From positions 2,272,001 to 2,336,000 of the forward strand of contig CAVSGO010000007.1 of assembly GCA_963727525.1 (NCBI GenBank): 64,000 bases of DNA, written 5' to 3'. The notes under the pieces are model-generated. The model did no database searches. It worked only from the letters and a program-made list of their open reading frames with translations, and had not been told where the DNA came from. This document shows, piece after piece, positions 10,222 to 19,149 of the stretch (position 1 is its first letter; each line of letters starts with the position of its first letter). The DNA comes from an uncultured bacterium. GTDB lineage: Bacteria; Krumholzibacteriota; Krumholzibacteriia; LZORAL124-64-63. The translations under genes were made by a program, and so were the position numbers.

Positions 10222-10464
10222 TTAGCCGGAGTGACGCCCCGCCAACTCGACCAGCACGATCAACAGCGGTATGCCCACGAGGATCGCCGCCAACGACAGG
10301 ACGCCAGTTGTCCGGCCCACGTTGACCGTCCACCCCAACATGGGATATCGCTTCGGGACCCACGTTCTCGAGTCTCGCTTGCTGGAGTAGACTCCAAGCC
10401 ATTGCGGCCCACTCCAATTGTCGGGATTCGCCCACTCCGCCTCGTTGATCTGCTGTTGGTTCAT
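10222..10464 (-). CDS. DUF5808-like small membrane protein
   Basis: 'PDNW..G.Y....D.R.WVPKR...GWTVN.G' motif followed by a TM helix; GAAAGG RBS. Confidence 0.7.
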   Translation of the reverse strand: MNQQQINEAEWANPDNWSGPQWLGVYSSKRDSRTWVPKRYPMLGWTVNVGRTTGVLSLAAILVGIPLLIVLVELAGRHSG

Positions 10465-10814
10465 GTTTCAGCCTTTCGCGTGGGCCGCCGCGGCCCGCCG
10501 CATGTCGTCATCTCGGTGAAGAGCTCGTTGCGTATACTACCGACAAGACTCCGCGAAGTCTGCGCCTACCGACTCTCGCCTTGCGGAGCGGCGACGGAAT
10601 GATCAGCCGACCTTCCGCCCTACCCTCGCCCAGGGTGCGATATTCTCGGGAATCCGTATTCCGTGCTCGACGTATCGGATCCCGCGCGCCTGACGCTCAT
10701 GGGGTCGACGCCCACCGGGGACATCCCGGTCGAAGCGCATGGAGTAGCCGTCGTCGGGAGTGGAGAGATAGAAACGCGGTGATCGTTGTCACTGCACGCG
10801 GCGAGCCGGGTCTT

Positions 10815-12113
10815 TCAACTTTCGGCCGGGGGTCCGGCTGTCGGTAGGACGATAGTGAAGGTGGTGCCGGTGCCGACGTTGCTCTCGACCGTGACCTTGC
10901 CGCCGTGGCGTTCGACGATGGTGTGCACGATATGGAGTCCCAGGCCGGTGCCCTTGCCGACTTCCTTGGTGGTGAAGAACGGGTCGAAGATACGCTTGTG
11001 GTTTTCCGGCGAGATGCCCTTGCCGTCGTCGCGGATGCGGATCTCGATGTGGTCACCGTCCAGTGACCGGGCCGAGATCGCGATGGTCCCTTTCTCCTCG
11101 ATGGCATGGGAGGCATTGACGAGGAGATTCATCAGGACCTGCTCGATCTGGCGGGGGAAGCACTTGATCTGTGGCAGGTCTGCAGGCACGTCGCAGGTGG
11201 TCTCGCAGCGGTACTTCAGTTCGTTGTGCGTCACGACCAGGGCCGACTCGACCATGTCCGCAACCACCGCTTCACTCGGCTGCGCGTCGTCGCGCCGCAC
11301 GAATCCCTTGAGGCTGTTCACGATCGTCCGGATCCGTTCGGCACCGTCGGTGCTCTCGGCGACGAGCTGACGGGCATCCTGGGCCGCGAACTCCACGTCC
11401 CTCTCCGCAAAGAGTTCGCGTAGCTCGGCCGTAGCAGCGTCGATCGCATCCGCCGCGCCGCCGGAAAGTTCGATGATGGCGCGTGCCCCGGTGGCGGCAG
11501 CGACGAGGTCGTCGATGTACTCGCCAAGGGTGGCGAAATTGCCCAGGATATAGGAGAGCGGGTTGTTGATCTCGTGAGCCACGCCCGCGGCGAGCTGTCC
11601 GACCGAGGCCAGCTTCTCCGACTGGACCAGCATGGTCTGCTGATGTTCCAGCTGCTCGGCGAGCGCCCTGGTCGCTGCGAGCATGGTCTGGAGTTCCTGC
11701 TCTGCCTGCTTGCGCTGCGTGATGTCGCGACAGACGCAGAGGACGAACTTCTCGTCGTCGAACATCACCGCATTCGTGCAGATCTCCACGTCGTAGTGCG
11801 AACCGTCCTTGCGACGGTGGGTGGTCTCGAAATGCGCTCCGGTCTCGTCGACCGATGCGAGCATTTCCTCGACCTTCTCGGCCGGGAAGTTCGCTTCCCA
11901 GTCCCAGACAGCGAGGTCGAATGCTTCGTCCCGCGTGTAGCCGAGCATCGCGGCGAACGGCTCGTTCACCCAGAAGACCTTGCCGCGCTTGTCGACCACG
12001 ACGATTCCGTCACGCGTCTGCTCGACGAGCTGGCGCCACCAGATCACCTCGCCACGGCACGATCTCTGCGGATCGTGGGTAAAACGTGTCGTTTTGGTTA
12101 ATCGCACCGGCAT
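10815..12113 (-). CDS. PAS-domain sensor histidine kinase (NtrB/AtoS-like), cytoplasmic
   Basis: PAS domain (HRRKDG...RDITQRK); H-box EKLASVGQLAAGVAHEINNPL; N, G1, F and G2 boxes. Start uncertain (12113 or 12137). Confidence 0.9.
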   Translation of the reverse strand: MPVRLTKTTRFTHDPQRSCRGEVIWWRQLVEQTRDGIVVVDKRGKVFWVNEPFAAMLGYTRDEAFDLAVWDWEANFPAEKVEEMLASVDETGAHFETTHRRKDGSHYDVEICTNAVMFDDEKFVLCVCRDITQRKQAEQELQTMLAATRALAEQLEHQQTMLVQSEKLASVGQLAAGVAHEINNPLSYILGNFATLGEYIDDLVAAATGARAIIELSGGAADAIDAATAELRELFAERDVEFAAQDARQLVAESTDGAERIRTIVNSLKGFVRRDDAQPSEAVVADMVESALVVTHNELKYRCETTCDVPADLPQIKCFPRQIEQVLMNLLVNASHAIEEKGTIAISARSLDGDHIEIRIRDDGKGISPENHKRIFDPFFTTKEVGKGTGLGLHIVHTIVERHGGKVTVESNVGTGTTFTIVLPTAGPPAES

Positions 12114-12471
12114 CGTGACAACCTTCGTGCGGATCATGGGTCTCGCGTCCAGACGTCTTCGACATCGATATCGGTCCGAAGGCGACAGGGTTGAGGTTTT
12201 CCGGGTGAATCGTGCGCCGATAGCCAGACACCCCACGCCGCCGCCGTACAGCGGATCATGGTATCGCAAGAGCAGGTCTGACCGGCCGTCCGTATCGAGC
12301 TCGGCGAGGGCAACGCTGTAACTCGGCTCACGATCTTCGATCCGGCGGATGTCGGAGAAGCCACTCGCAGCAGCCCGTTCGATCACGGCGCCCTGTGTCG
12401 CGTCCGGACAGCCCGGGGCCGCTCGTGCTCTTCGTACTCGAGCCGGGCTACGACATCAACGGCCGGGGGCC

Positions 12472-12612
12472 GTGCAGCAGGCCTCGCGCGTGAGCTACGA
12501 CACAGCCTTCATGGACATCGGACACCTCATCGAGGCCCGCCCCACGGAGAAGATTTTCACCAATCCCCACGTGAAGGAGACCGAGGACTCCGTGACTGGG
12601 CGCTTCTGTTAA
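12472..12612 (+). pseudogene. pstB: C-terminal remnant of phosphate ABC transporter ATPase PstB
   Basis: [45 protein letters not shown] matches the PstB C-terminus (QQAxRVSDxTAF...TEDYITGRFG); there is no upstream ATPase core. Confidence 0.75.
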
Positions 12613-12737
12613 CCGAATTCTCGTTGGTCCTCGACCTGCCTGCATGGCGTCGCGCGAGAACTGATCTACGCTGAATTCACGCCAGACACATCGTGTCGGC
12701 AATCGCCCACCGATTTTGGAATTCCAAGGAGACACAT

Positions 12738-13331
12738 ATGGATTCGACACCGCAACGTAGTAGCAGTATCTGCATCCTGGCGATGGCTGCCCTCCTCATC
12801 CTCACCGCTGCTCCCTCGGCCCTTGCTACAACGCTCATGTACAGCACGAACCTATCCGGGGCGAATCAGGAGCCACCAAAAGCCTCGACAGGTACGGGCA
12901 CGTCGCAGGTCTATGTCGATGATGTGGCGCACACCATGCGTGTCATCGTCACGTTCTCGGACCTCACGAGCTTGACCACGAACTGCCACATCCATGCCCC
13001 GACGGCACTGCCGGGCGAGGGCTTGGCCGGCGTGGCCACGCCGACGCCGACGTTTCCGGGCTTTCCCGCCAACGTCACCAGCGGCACGTACGATATGACT
13101 TTCGACATGACCGAAGCGGCAAGCTACAACGGGGGATTTCTGATCTCGGACGGTGGCGGCGACCCGGCCCAGGCGGAGGCAGTCCTCTTCGCGAGCGTTG
13201 CCAACGGCACGGCATACCTCAATATCCACACCCTAGAGTTTCCCGCCGGCGAGATTCGCGGCTTCTACGGTGATGGCATCGTCGGCACCACCACCACTAC
13301 CTGGGGCGGGATCAAGGCGGTTTTCGAGTAG
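12738..13331 (+). CDS. Secreted CHRD-domain protein with C-terminal WGxIK motif
   Basis: AAGGAG RBS; signal peptide; LSGANQEPP...HIH...AYLNIHT..FP.GEIRG (CHRD); ends TTTTTWGGIKAVFE. Confidence 0.9.
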   Translation: MDSTPQRSSSICILAMAALLILTAAPSALATTLMYSTNLSGANQEPPKASTGTGTSQVYVDDVAHTMRVIVTFSDLTSLTTNCHIHAPTALPGEGLAGVATPTPTFPGFPANVTSGTYDMTFDMTEAASYNGGFLISDGGGDPAQAEAVLFASVANGTAYLNIHTLEFPAGEIRGFYGDGIVGTTTTTWGGIKAVFE

Positions 13332-13353
13332 TCGCTCCCACCCGCAAGCACCG

Positions 13354-13386
13354 CGGCGCCGCTTCGACCAGTTCGGAGCGGCGCCG
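13354..13386 (+). terminator. GC-rich hairpin downstream of the CHRD gene
   Basis: CGGCGCCGCTTCGA-ccagt-TCGGAGCGGCGCCG; no clear U tract. Confidence 0.45.
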
Positions 13387-13684
13387 TCGTGTCACGGATC
13401 GCGCGCCGCGCGGCAGGTTCGTCGGCACGCATAACCACAGCGTAGTTTCGGTAGGCGGGTGATGGCGTCAATCGCGTGGGCGCAGTTGCCAGGGCGCGAC
13501 GGGCTGAGAGCCCACCGTGCGTGGTGGAGGCTGCGTCGGGCCGACGAATCATGTAGCGTATTGTGCTCTGGATCCGACATGCGAGCGAGGTCGCGGTGCA
13601 AGGGCCGGCCATGCAGGACGCTCAATTCGAGCTGGCCGGCACCGGCATCGAGATGCCGCGACGCATCCCGTCTTGAGGTTGGTC

Positions 13685-14617
13685 ATGATCCGATTCTCGT
13701 TGATCCTCATCATTCCCGCGCTTCTCGGCCTCGGTGCGTGCAACGACGCGAACGGACCATCCCCGGATCCCAGCGAGATGAGAGGTGACGCCATCCAGGC
13801 GCCGTTGGATCCGGCCGTGCCTGCGACCGAGGTGGTATGGTCGGTCCCGCACCGTGTGCTATTTCTGCAACGCTCCGTCGGGTTAGCCCTCATTCGCACC
13901 GGTGCCGTCACCATGTACGATGTGCTCGACTCGTTGAATGCCGAGCACCATACGACCGTCGAGCTGTGGCATCACGGTTGCGGCACTCATCCGTACTGGG
14001 ACCTCTACTACGACGGGCACGACCAGCTGGTGGAGCCGAACTTCGGGACCGCGCTGAGCGAGCCGCGGTACGCGAGTCCCGAGCACTGGAAGCGGATCTT
14101 CTGCGATGCCGACCCGCAGTACGTCGCCGCCCGGGACAGCATCGGCAATTTCCGCGTCGTCATCTTCAAGAGTGGCTACGACAACACGGTCGCTGCGGCG
14201 ACCGAGCAAGCCGGGTTATGGCGCCAGCTCTATCGCACGATGAAGGACAGTGTTTTCTTCCGGGACACGACACGACGGATCATCGTGCTGGGCTTCCCAC
14301 CGGCCCGCGAAGGATTCGGCAACGCCACTCAGACTGACGCCGACAGTTCCCGAGCTTTCAACACCTGGCTGGTCGATGAGTTTGTAGTTGGCCGGGGGAA
14401 TCTCTATGCCTTCCCGCTATTCGATCGGTTAGCCGGCGCGGACAACTGGTTGCGCGACGAATACGTGAAGGTGGACTACCCGAACGACTCCCATCCCAAT
14501 CCCTACGGTTGCGAGATCGTTGGCCGGGACCTCATGACGTTCATCCATGCGGTCGCCACGCAGAGTGATCGCCCGGTCCAGGATCCGGTGCAGCGCCACG
14601 CGACACCTGTCGATTGA
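13685..14617 (+). CDS. Lipoprotein, SGNH-hydrolase-like fold
   Basis: Lipobox LGAC; motifs FLQRSVG, VIFKSGY, FN.WL and DSHPN..G. Confidence 0.6.
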   Translation: MIRFSLILIIPALLGLGACNDANGPSPDPSEMRGDAIQAPLDPAVPATEVVWSVPHRVLFLQRSVGLALIRTGAVTMYDVLDSLNAEHHTTVELWHHGCGTHPYWDLYYDGHDQLVEPNFGTALSEPRYASPEHWKRIFCDADPQYVAARDSIGNFRVVIFKSGYDNTVAAATEQAGLWRQLYRTMKDSVFFRDTTRRIIVLGFPPAREGFGNATQTDADSSRAFNTWLVDEFVVGRGNLYAFPLFDRLAGADNWLRDEYVKVDYPNDSHPNPYGCEIVGRDLMTFIHAVATQSDRPVQDPVQRHATPVD

Positions 14618-14734
14618 CGCGGCGCGAACTTCAGATCTCCCTGCGGCGGTGATCGCGCCAACAACACGGCCGGCGGCTCGCTTTGCGATATATTGGATTC
14701 GACCCTCGGCAGACCCAGCGGAGAGAACATACAG

Positions 14735-15541
14735 ATGATCAGTTTTTTCGACGGCGACACCTACACCACCCCCGCCGACCTGCGCCGCGACCTCCGCGAC
14801 CGGTTGTGCCTGGGCGGCTCATTGTGGTTCTACCTGATGCACGCGCGGCTAATGCTGGAATCCCGGTCGAATGCCCTGGCCGACCGCTACGACGCCGCTG
14901 CCTGGGCCAGGGCATCTCGCGACATCATGCGCGCCCTCGAGCGTTGCGGCGCGCGGTTCCACGTGTCGGGCCTCGATCACATCCGCAACGTGGACGGTCC
15001 GGTCGTGTTCATCTCCAACCACATGAGCACCCTGGAGACACAGGTCTTCCCGTGCCTGATCGCCCCGATCAGACCGGTCACCTTCATCGTCAAGAAGGTC
15101 CTCACCACCATGCCGATCTTCGGCCCCATCATGCGTTCGTGCGACCCGATCGCCGTGAACCGCGTGAACCCCCGGGATGACATGCAGACCGTCATGACCG
15201 AGGGCGTCAACCGGATCGAGGGCGGCACGTCGGTCATCGTCTTCCCTCAATCGACACGGCAGTTGCTGTTCACGCCTGCCAAATTCAATTCCCTGGGCGT
15301 CAAGCTGGCCCGACGGGCCGGCGTGCCGGTGATTCCGGTGGCCATCAAGACGGATTTCTGGCGGCCCGGGAAGCTGATCAAGGACTTCGGCCCGCTGGAC
15401 CGTTCACAATCGGTGCACATCGAGTTCGGGGCGCCGATGGAGATCACCGGCAACGGCCGCGACCAGCACCAGGCGATCGTCGACTTCATCCGCCGGCGGA
15501 TCATCGAGTGGGGTGGCGAGGTGGACGAGACAGAGTCGTAA
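14735..15541 (+). CDS. Lysophospholipid (1-acyl-sn-glycerol-3-phosphate) acyltransferase, PlsC family
   Basis: NHMSTLE (NHxxxxD/E) motif, FPQSTR and PVIPVAI blocks. Confidence 0.85.
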   Translation: MISFFDGDTYTTPADLRRDLRDRLCLGGSLWFYLMHARLMLESRSNALADRYDAAAWARASRDIMRALERCGARFHVSGLDHIRNVDGPVVFISNHMSTLETQVFPCLIAPIRPVTFIVKKVLTTMPIFGPIMRSCDPIAVNRVNPRDDMQTVMTEGVNRIEGGTSVIVFPQSTRQLLFTPAKFNSLGVKLARRAGVPVIPVAIKTDFWRPGKLIKDFGPLDRSQSVHIEFGAPMEITGNGRDQHQAIVDFIRRRIIEWGGEVDETES

Positions 15542-15934
15542 GCCTGGAGTCGAGAGGGTAGGAGCCCTCCGCGACCGGCTCGTGGCGTCATACAGTGAGC
15601 CGGATCGCGTGGTTCTGCGCCCGCCGCGCAGACTGCTCCCATCGGCGACTGTCTGGCCCTGCTGTTGTACGGTCTCAGGCTCCGGGTTCTTGGCTCTCGT
15701 CCGACATACCCGCCGTCTGGTCCACCCCGTCCCAGATCACTTCTCGCCTGCGCGAACTCGAGTTCTCCGTGCTGCCAGGGGCGCATCTCGCGGACCGCAG
15801 CGGCGCATCAAGGTGCTCGAGCTTCGTGAGCAGCGCCGTGTGGGCACACCAGCGGCAGGCATTCGAACCAGCGCGCCAGCAGTCCGTCAAATCCCGCCAG
15901 CCCGCTCAATTTTAGGCATGCATGCTAGTCATTA

Positions 15935-16000
15935 TGTAAAATAAACTTGACTAAATGGACTTTTTGACTATCCTGGGCCTGTAAAGCACATTTTACTCAA
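15935..16000 (+). promoter_or_regulatory. Sigma70-like promoter with candidate XRE operator boxes
   Basis: AT-rich island; TTGACT (15947-15952), 16 nt, TATCCT (15969-15974); two related boxes TGTAAAATAAACTTGAC and TGTAAAGCACATTTTAC. Confidence 0.5.
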
Positions 16001-16019
16001 TGACAAGGAAACAAGACAA

Positions 16020-16439
16020 ATGAATAGAAAGGCAATCAAACCTGACGAGGCCCCAGCGCGTTCCAAGAAGAACCATGCCCTCATCATGCTCTGGATCTTC
16101 GTCTGGATGGCGACTTTTGTAGCGGCGGACAAAGCCGAGGCGTACAAGTGGTACACTGCGGGTTCGCTTCCCCTGCTCGCCATTGCGATGAACGCGGTCA
16201 TCGGCCTGATAGTGATCGTGACGTACATGCGATTTCTGAAGGAACTGGATGAAATGCAGCAGAAGATCCAATTGAATGCGCTGGCTCTCGCCATGGGAAT
16301 TGGGCTTGTGGGTAGCGTCAGCTACTCACTCTTGGTTTCGGCCGGGATTGTCGCCGCTCCAGACATCGCAGTCGTTATCGCGCTTCTAGGTGGAGGCTAC
16401 AGTGCAGGACTGGTCATCGCCAGGACTCGGTACCAATGA
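16020..16439 (+). CDS. Four-TM membrane protein commonly paired with an XRE regulator
   Basis: AAGGA RBS; hydrophobic helices; 'LDEMQQKIQLNALA' motif; ATGA overlap with next gene; lower GC than flanks. Confidence 0.75.
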   Translation: MNRKAIKPDEAPARSKKNHALIMLWIFVWMATFVAADKAEAYKWYTAGSLPLLAIAMNAVIGLIVIVTYMRFLKELDEMQQKIQLNALALAMGIGLVGSVSYSLLVSAGIVAAPDIAVVIALLGGGYSAGLVIARTRYQ

Positions 16440-16639
16440 AAAACCGCCTAAAAGTACTCCGGGCAGAGCGGGATTGGACCCAGGCGGATCTAGCGGTCGC
16501 ACTGGATGTCTCGCGGCAAACGGTCAACGCAATCGAGACCGGGAAATTCGATCCGAGTTTGCCTCTTGCCTTCAAAGTAGCCCGGCTATTCGAGCTCTCG
16601 ATCGAGAAAATTTTCTGTGATGAAGCAGTAGACAGGTGA
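16436..16639 (+). CDS. XRE/Cro-family helix-turn-helix transcriptional regulator
   Basis: MKNRLKVLRAERDWTQADLA...VSRQTVNAIETGKFDPSLPLAFK. Confidence 0.95.
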   Translation: MKNRLKVLRAERDWTQADLAVALDVSRQTVNAIETGKFDPSLPLAFKVARLFELSIEKIFCDEAVDR

Positions 16640-16786
16640 CGTCAATCTGAAAATCACGACATGCCCGTGGGTGTTCGGTCGCCTGACCGTCGACTCCGCA
16701 ACCGTCAGCCCGGGCAATGATCATGGCGTGCCCTACGCGATTACCGTCAATTATGAATAGTCCCCCATAGTATCTCGAAAAATCAC

Positions 16787-16813
16787 TAAAGGTCCACTTA
16801 GCTGGTCCGATAC
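16787..16813 (+). promoter_or_regulatory. Sigma28 (FliA/SigD)-like promoter
   Basis: TAAA-N15-TCCGATAC compared with the consensus TAAA-N15-GCCGATAA; about 105 bp upstream of the 16919 gene. Confidence 0.5.
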
Positions 16814-16918
16814 GTCTATCCAGTTAGGGGCTGATAATCAGGCCAAGCCAGCCCTGGAGTTGACTGCCTTGAGGAAGTTTCGTGGAGCGGATAGCTCACG
16901 TCACCAAAGGATAGTCCG

Positions 16919-17425
16919 ATGCTGAACTTCACTCGTTTCTCCGTCCTGACGATCGCGATCGTCTGCATCGCCAGCACCGCGTCGGCCGTTGATCTCGCCA
17001 GCCACGCTCTGGTCGACATCGTCGAGGGTATCGTACTCACGGAAACCGCGGGCATGGACTTCGGTACGCTGTCGAAGAATGACGGTACCGTGGTGATCGC
17101 GCCCGACGGCTCGTACACCGACGCTGCCAGCCTCATGTTCGACCCCACCGGCGTGGCCGCCGGCGGCTTCACGGTTCAGTCGGTGGCCGGCGCCGATGTC
17201 ACCGTGAGCGTCGTCGCGGGTGCGATGCCGGCTGGCCTGGACCTCAATACGTTCACCTTGGACGTCGCTGGCGGCACCACGACGGGCACCAGCCCGCAGA
17301 GCCACACGATGGCGGCTGACACCGACGTGCTGCTCGTGGGTGCTTCGCTGGACGTGACGGGCGCCACCGCGACCGTGGGCGACGACACGTCGCTGCCGTT
17401 CACTGTGACCGTCGTCTTCCAGTAG
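16919..17425 (+). CDS. DUF4402-like secreted fimbrial/spore-coat-U-like subunit
   Basis: Signal peptide; 'MDFGTL...GTVVIAP', 'LLVGASLDV' and terminal 'FTVTVVFQ' strand. Confidence 0.7.
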   Translation: MLNFTRFSVLTIAIVCIASTASAVDLASHALVDIVEGIVLTETAGMDFGTLSKNDGTVVIAPDGSYTDAASLMFDPTGVAAGGFTVQSVAGADVTVSVVAGAMPAGLDLNTFTLDVAGGTTTGTSPQSHTMAADTDVLLVGASLDVTGATATVGDDTSLPFTVTVVFQ

Positions 17426-17447
17426 ACCACGGCCTGGTGCCGGAATC

Positions 17448-17478
17448 CAGGGCCGGCGGCGACGAGCTGCCGGCCCTG
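17448..17478 (+). terminator. Hairpin terminator after the DUF4402-like gene
   Basis: CAGGGCCGGCGGC-gacga-GCTGCCGGCCCTG followed by CTTGT. Confidence 0.55.
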
Positions 17479-17804
17479 CTTGTCGAAACCCTCCCCACCT
17501 GACCCCCTTGGCATACCCATTGCCTGAGCCTCGCTGGGCGCTGTTGCGGTAGCGCTTCTCTTTCGTCGTAAGACAACGTGTCATTCGCATCGGAAGGATC
17601 GCGTCTGCCCCCATCCTCCATGCGGCGCGGACCGGTCTTGGCCATGCTTGCCTGTTGCCCGAGGTCTCGCCCGATGGCCGCGCCATCCTCTCCATCGGTC
17701 AGGACGAGCAGGGTCGCAGCGGCTTCGTCAGGACTTACGACCAGCGCACGTTGCGCCTGGCCTGGCCCGGGGCGTCGGCCTATCTGGCTGGTCCAGGCGC
17801 TGAT

Positions 17805-18464
17805 TCATGGCCGTCGGTAAACGGCGAACGCGTGAGGCACCGGCGGATCCTGCTCGTCGTCGTACGCCTCGAACTGTTCCTCGATCAAGCCGATCCGTCG
17901 GAAGCCGTCGATCTCGCCCCGGTCCAGCGGCACCGGGAACCCGTCCACGCACTCTCCGGGTTCGCGACTGCGACAGGATACCAGTAACACGCCGCCGGTT
18001 GCGACCAGCCCGGCGATGGCGTCGACCGCCGCTATCCGGAGATCGCCCACGAGAATCTGGATCGTGTTGCACTCGTACACCAGGTCGAACCCGCGCACCC
18101 AGTCCCGCGGCGGCTCGAAGAGGTCGGCGACCTGGTACGCGACCTCGGTGTGCGGGTAGCGCGCGCGACACATGGCGATTGCCGATTCGGAGATGTCGAA
18201 GGCCGTGACCCGGTAGCCGCGGCCAGCGAGGAACTCGGCGTCGTCGCCCAGGCCGCAGCCGACGACGACCGCGCGCTGCCCTCCCGGTACGGGGTGCTCC
18301 TCGAGCCAGCCCGTCAGGCGTGGATTCGGTGCCAGGTCGGCCCAGTAGACCTTCTCGATGTCGCCGCCCGCCCCATCGTAGAACTCCTCGAACCAGCCGT
18401 TGGGATCGCCCCGTTCGAGGTACGACCTGGCCAGTGCCCTGGCCGCTTGCTTGGCGTCATTCAT
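17805..18464 (-). CDS. Class I SAM-dependent methyltransferase (TPMT-like)
   Basis: VVGCGLGDDAEFLA..G..VTAFDIS; GWFEEFY...WADL.PNP; ATG at 18464 with GAGGA RBS. Confidence 0.9.
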   Translation of the reverse strand: MNDAKQAARALARSYLERGDPNGWFEEFYDGAGGDIEKVYWADLAPNPRLTGWLEEHPVPGGQRAVVVGCGLGDDAEFLAGRGYRVTAFDISESAIAMCRARYPHTEVAYQVADLFEPPRDWVRGFDLVYECNTIQILVGDLRIAAVDAIAGLVATGGVLLVSCRSREPGECVDGFPVPLDRGEIDGFRRIGLIEEQFEAYDDEQDPPVPHAFAVYRRP

Positions 18465-19149
18465 GGTCTCGATATCCTCGTGTTCTCGATCAACAGCGTG
18501 GAGGCTACGGCTTGCCTTACCCGCCAAGTCTAGCCGATTCGCTGTTATACGACAATATCGACCCTGTCTGACTCGCGCTCGCCTCGTCTTCGTATGATGA
18601 GCGGATGATGTGCGTCCGGTACGCGCCGCCGCGAAGGCGTGTCGTGGGCCGACGGTCGAGTCGCGACGAAGTCGAGATCCATGAAGGCACGTGAATGCGA
18701 TGAGAATTTCGACCGATGCGAAGCCGTTACCTCGGAGTTGGATCTGTGCAAGTGTGCCGCGAGAATCTAGAACCACTTCGGATCAACGTCGATTTCCCCG
18801 TGTGGATGATCAAGTCTCTGGGGACCTGGGGCCGACTGAACCAGAACTCGAACATACGCCTATCTCGGCTCAGCACCTTCTTCACGAGCAAATGGTGAAG
18901 GTGCTTTTTCCTCCTCATGGGCCGGTCGAGGATGAATCCCGTCGCATCCTGCGACATCTATTCCCCTGCTAAAACACAACCACAAACCTCCTATTAGATC
19001 TTGATCCGGACGGATATTGATGGTACCATTTCTCAAATAATAGGGGGAATTGGCCCTGCGAGAGGGAGTACGGCGTGAGAAAACTTACTATCTGTAAATC
19101 AGTTGGATCGTCGATGACAACTCCGGCGACAATACTGGGAACGAAAAGA

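Noticed and set aside
12137-12386. N-terminal extension of the histidine kinase
   Set aside because: It looks like an unrelated in-frame remnant (an FG-GAP-like 'ELDTDGRSDLL' piece) with no RBS support, so a later start is preferred.
10200-19000. Integron cassette array
   Set aside because: Genes are in mixed orientation, and I found no recurring attC-like RYYYAAC...GTTRRRY sites and no integron integrase.
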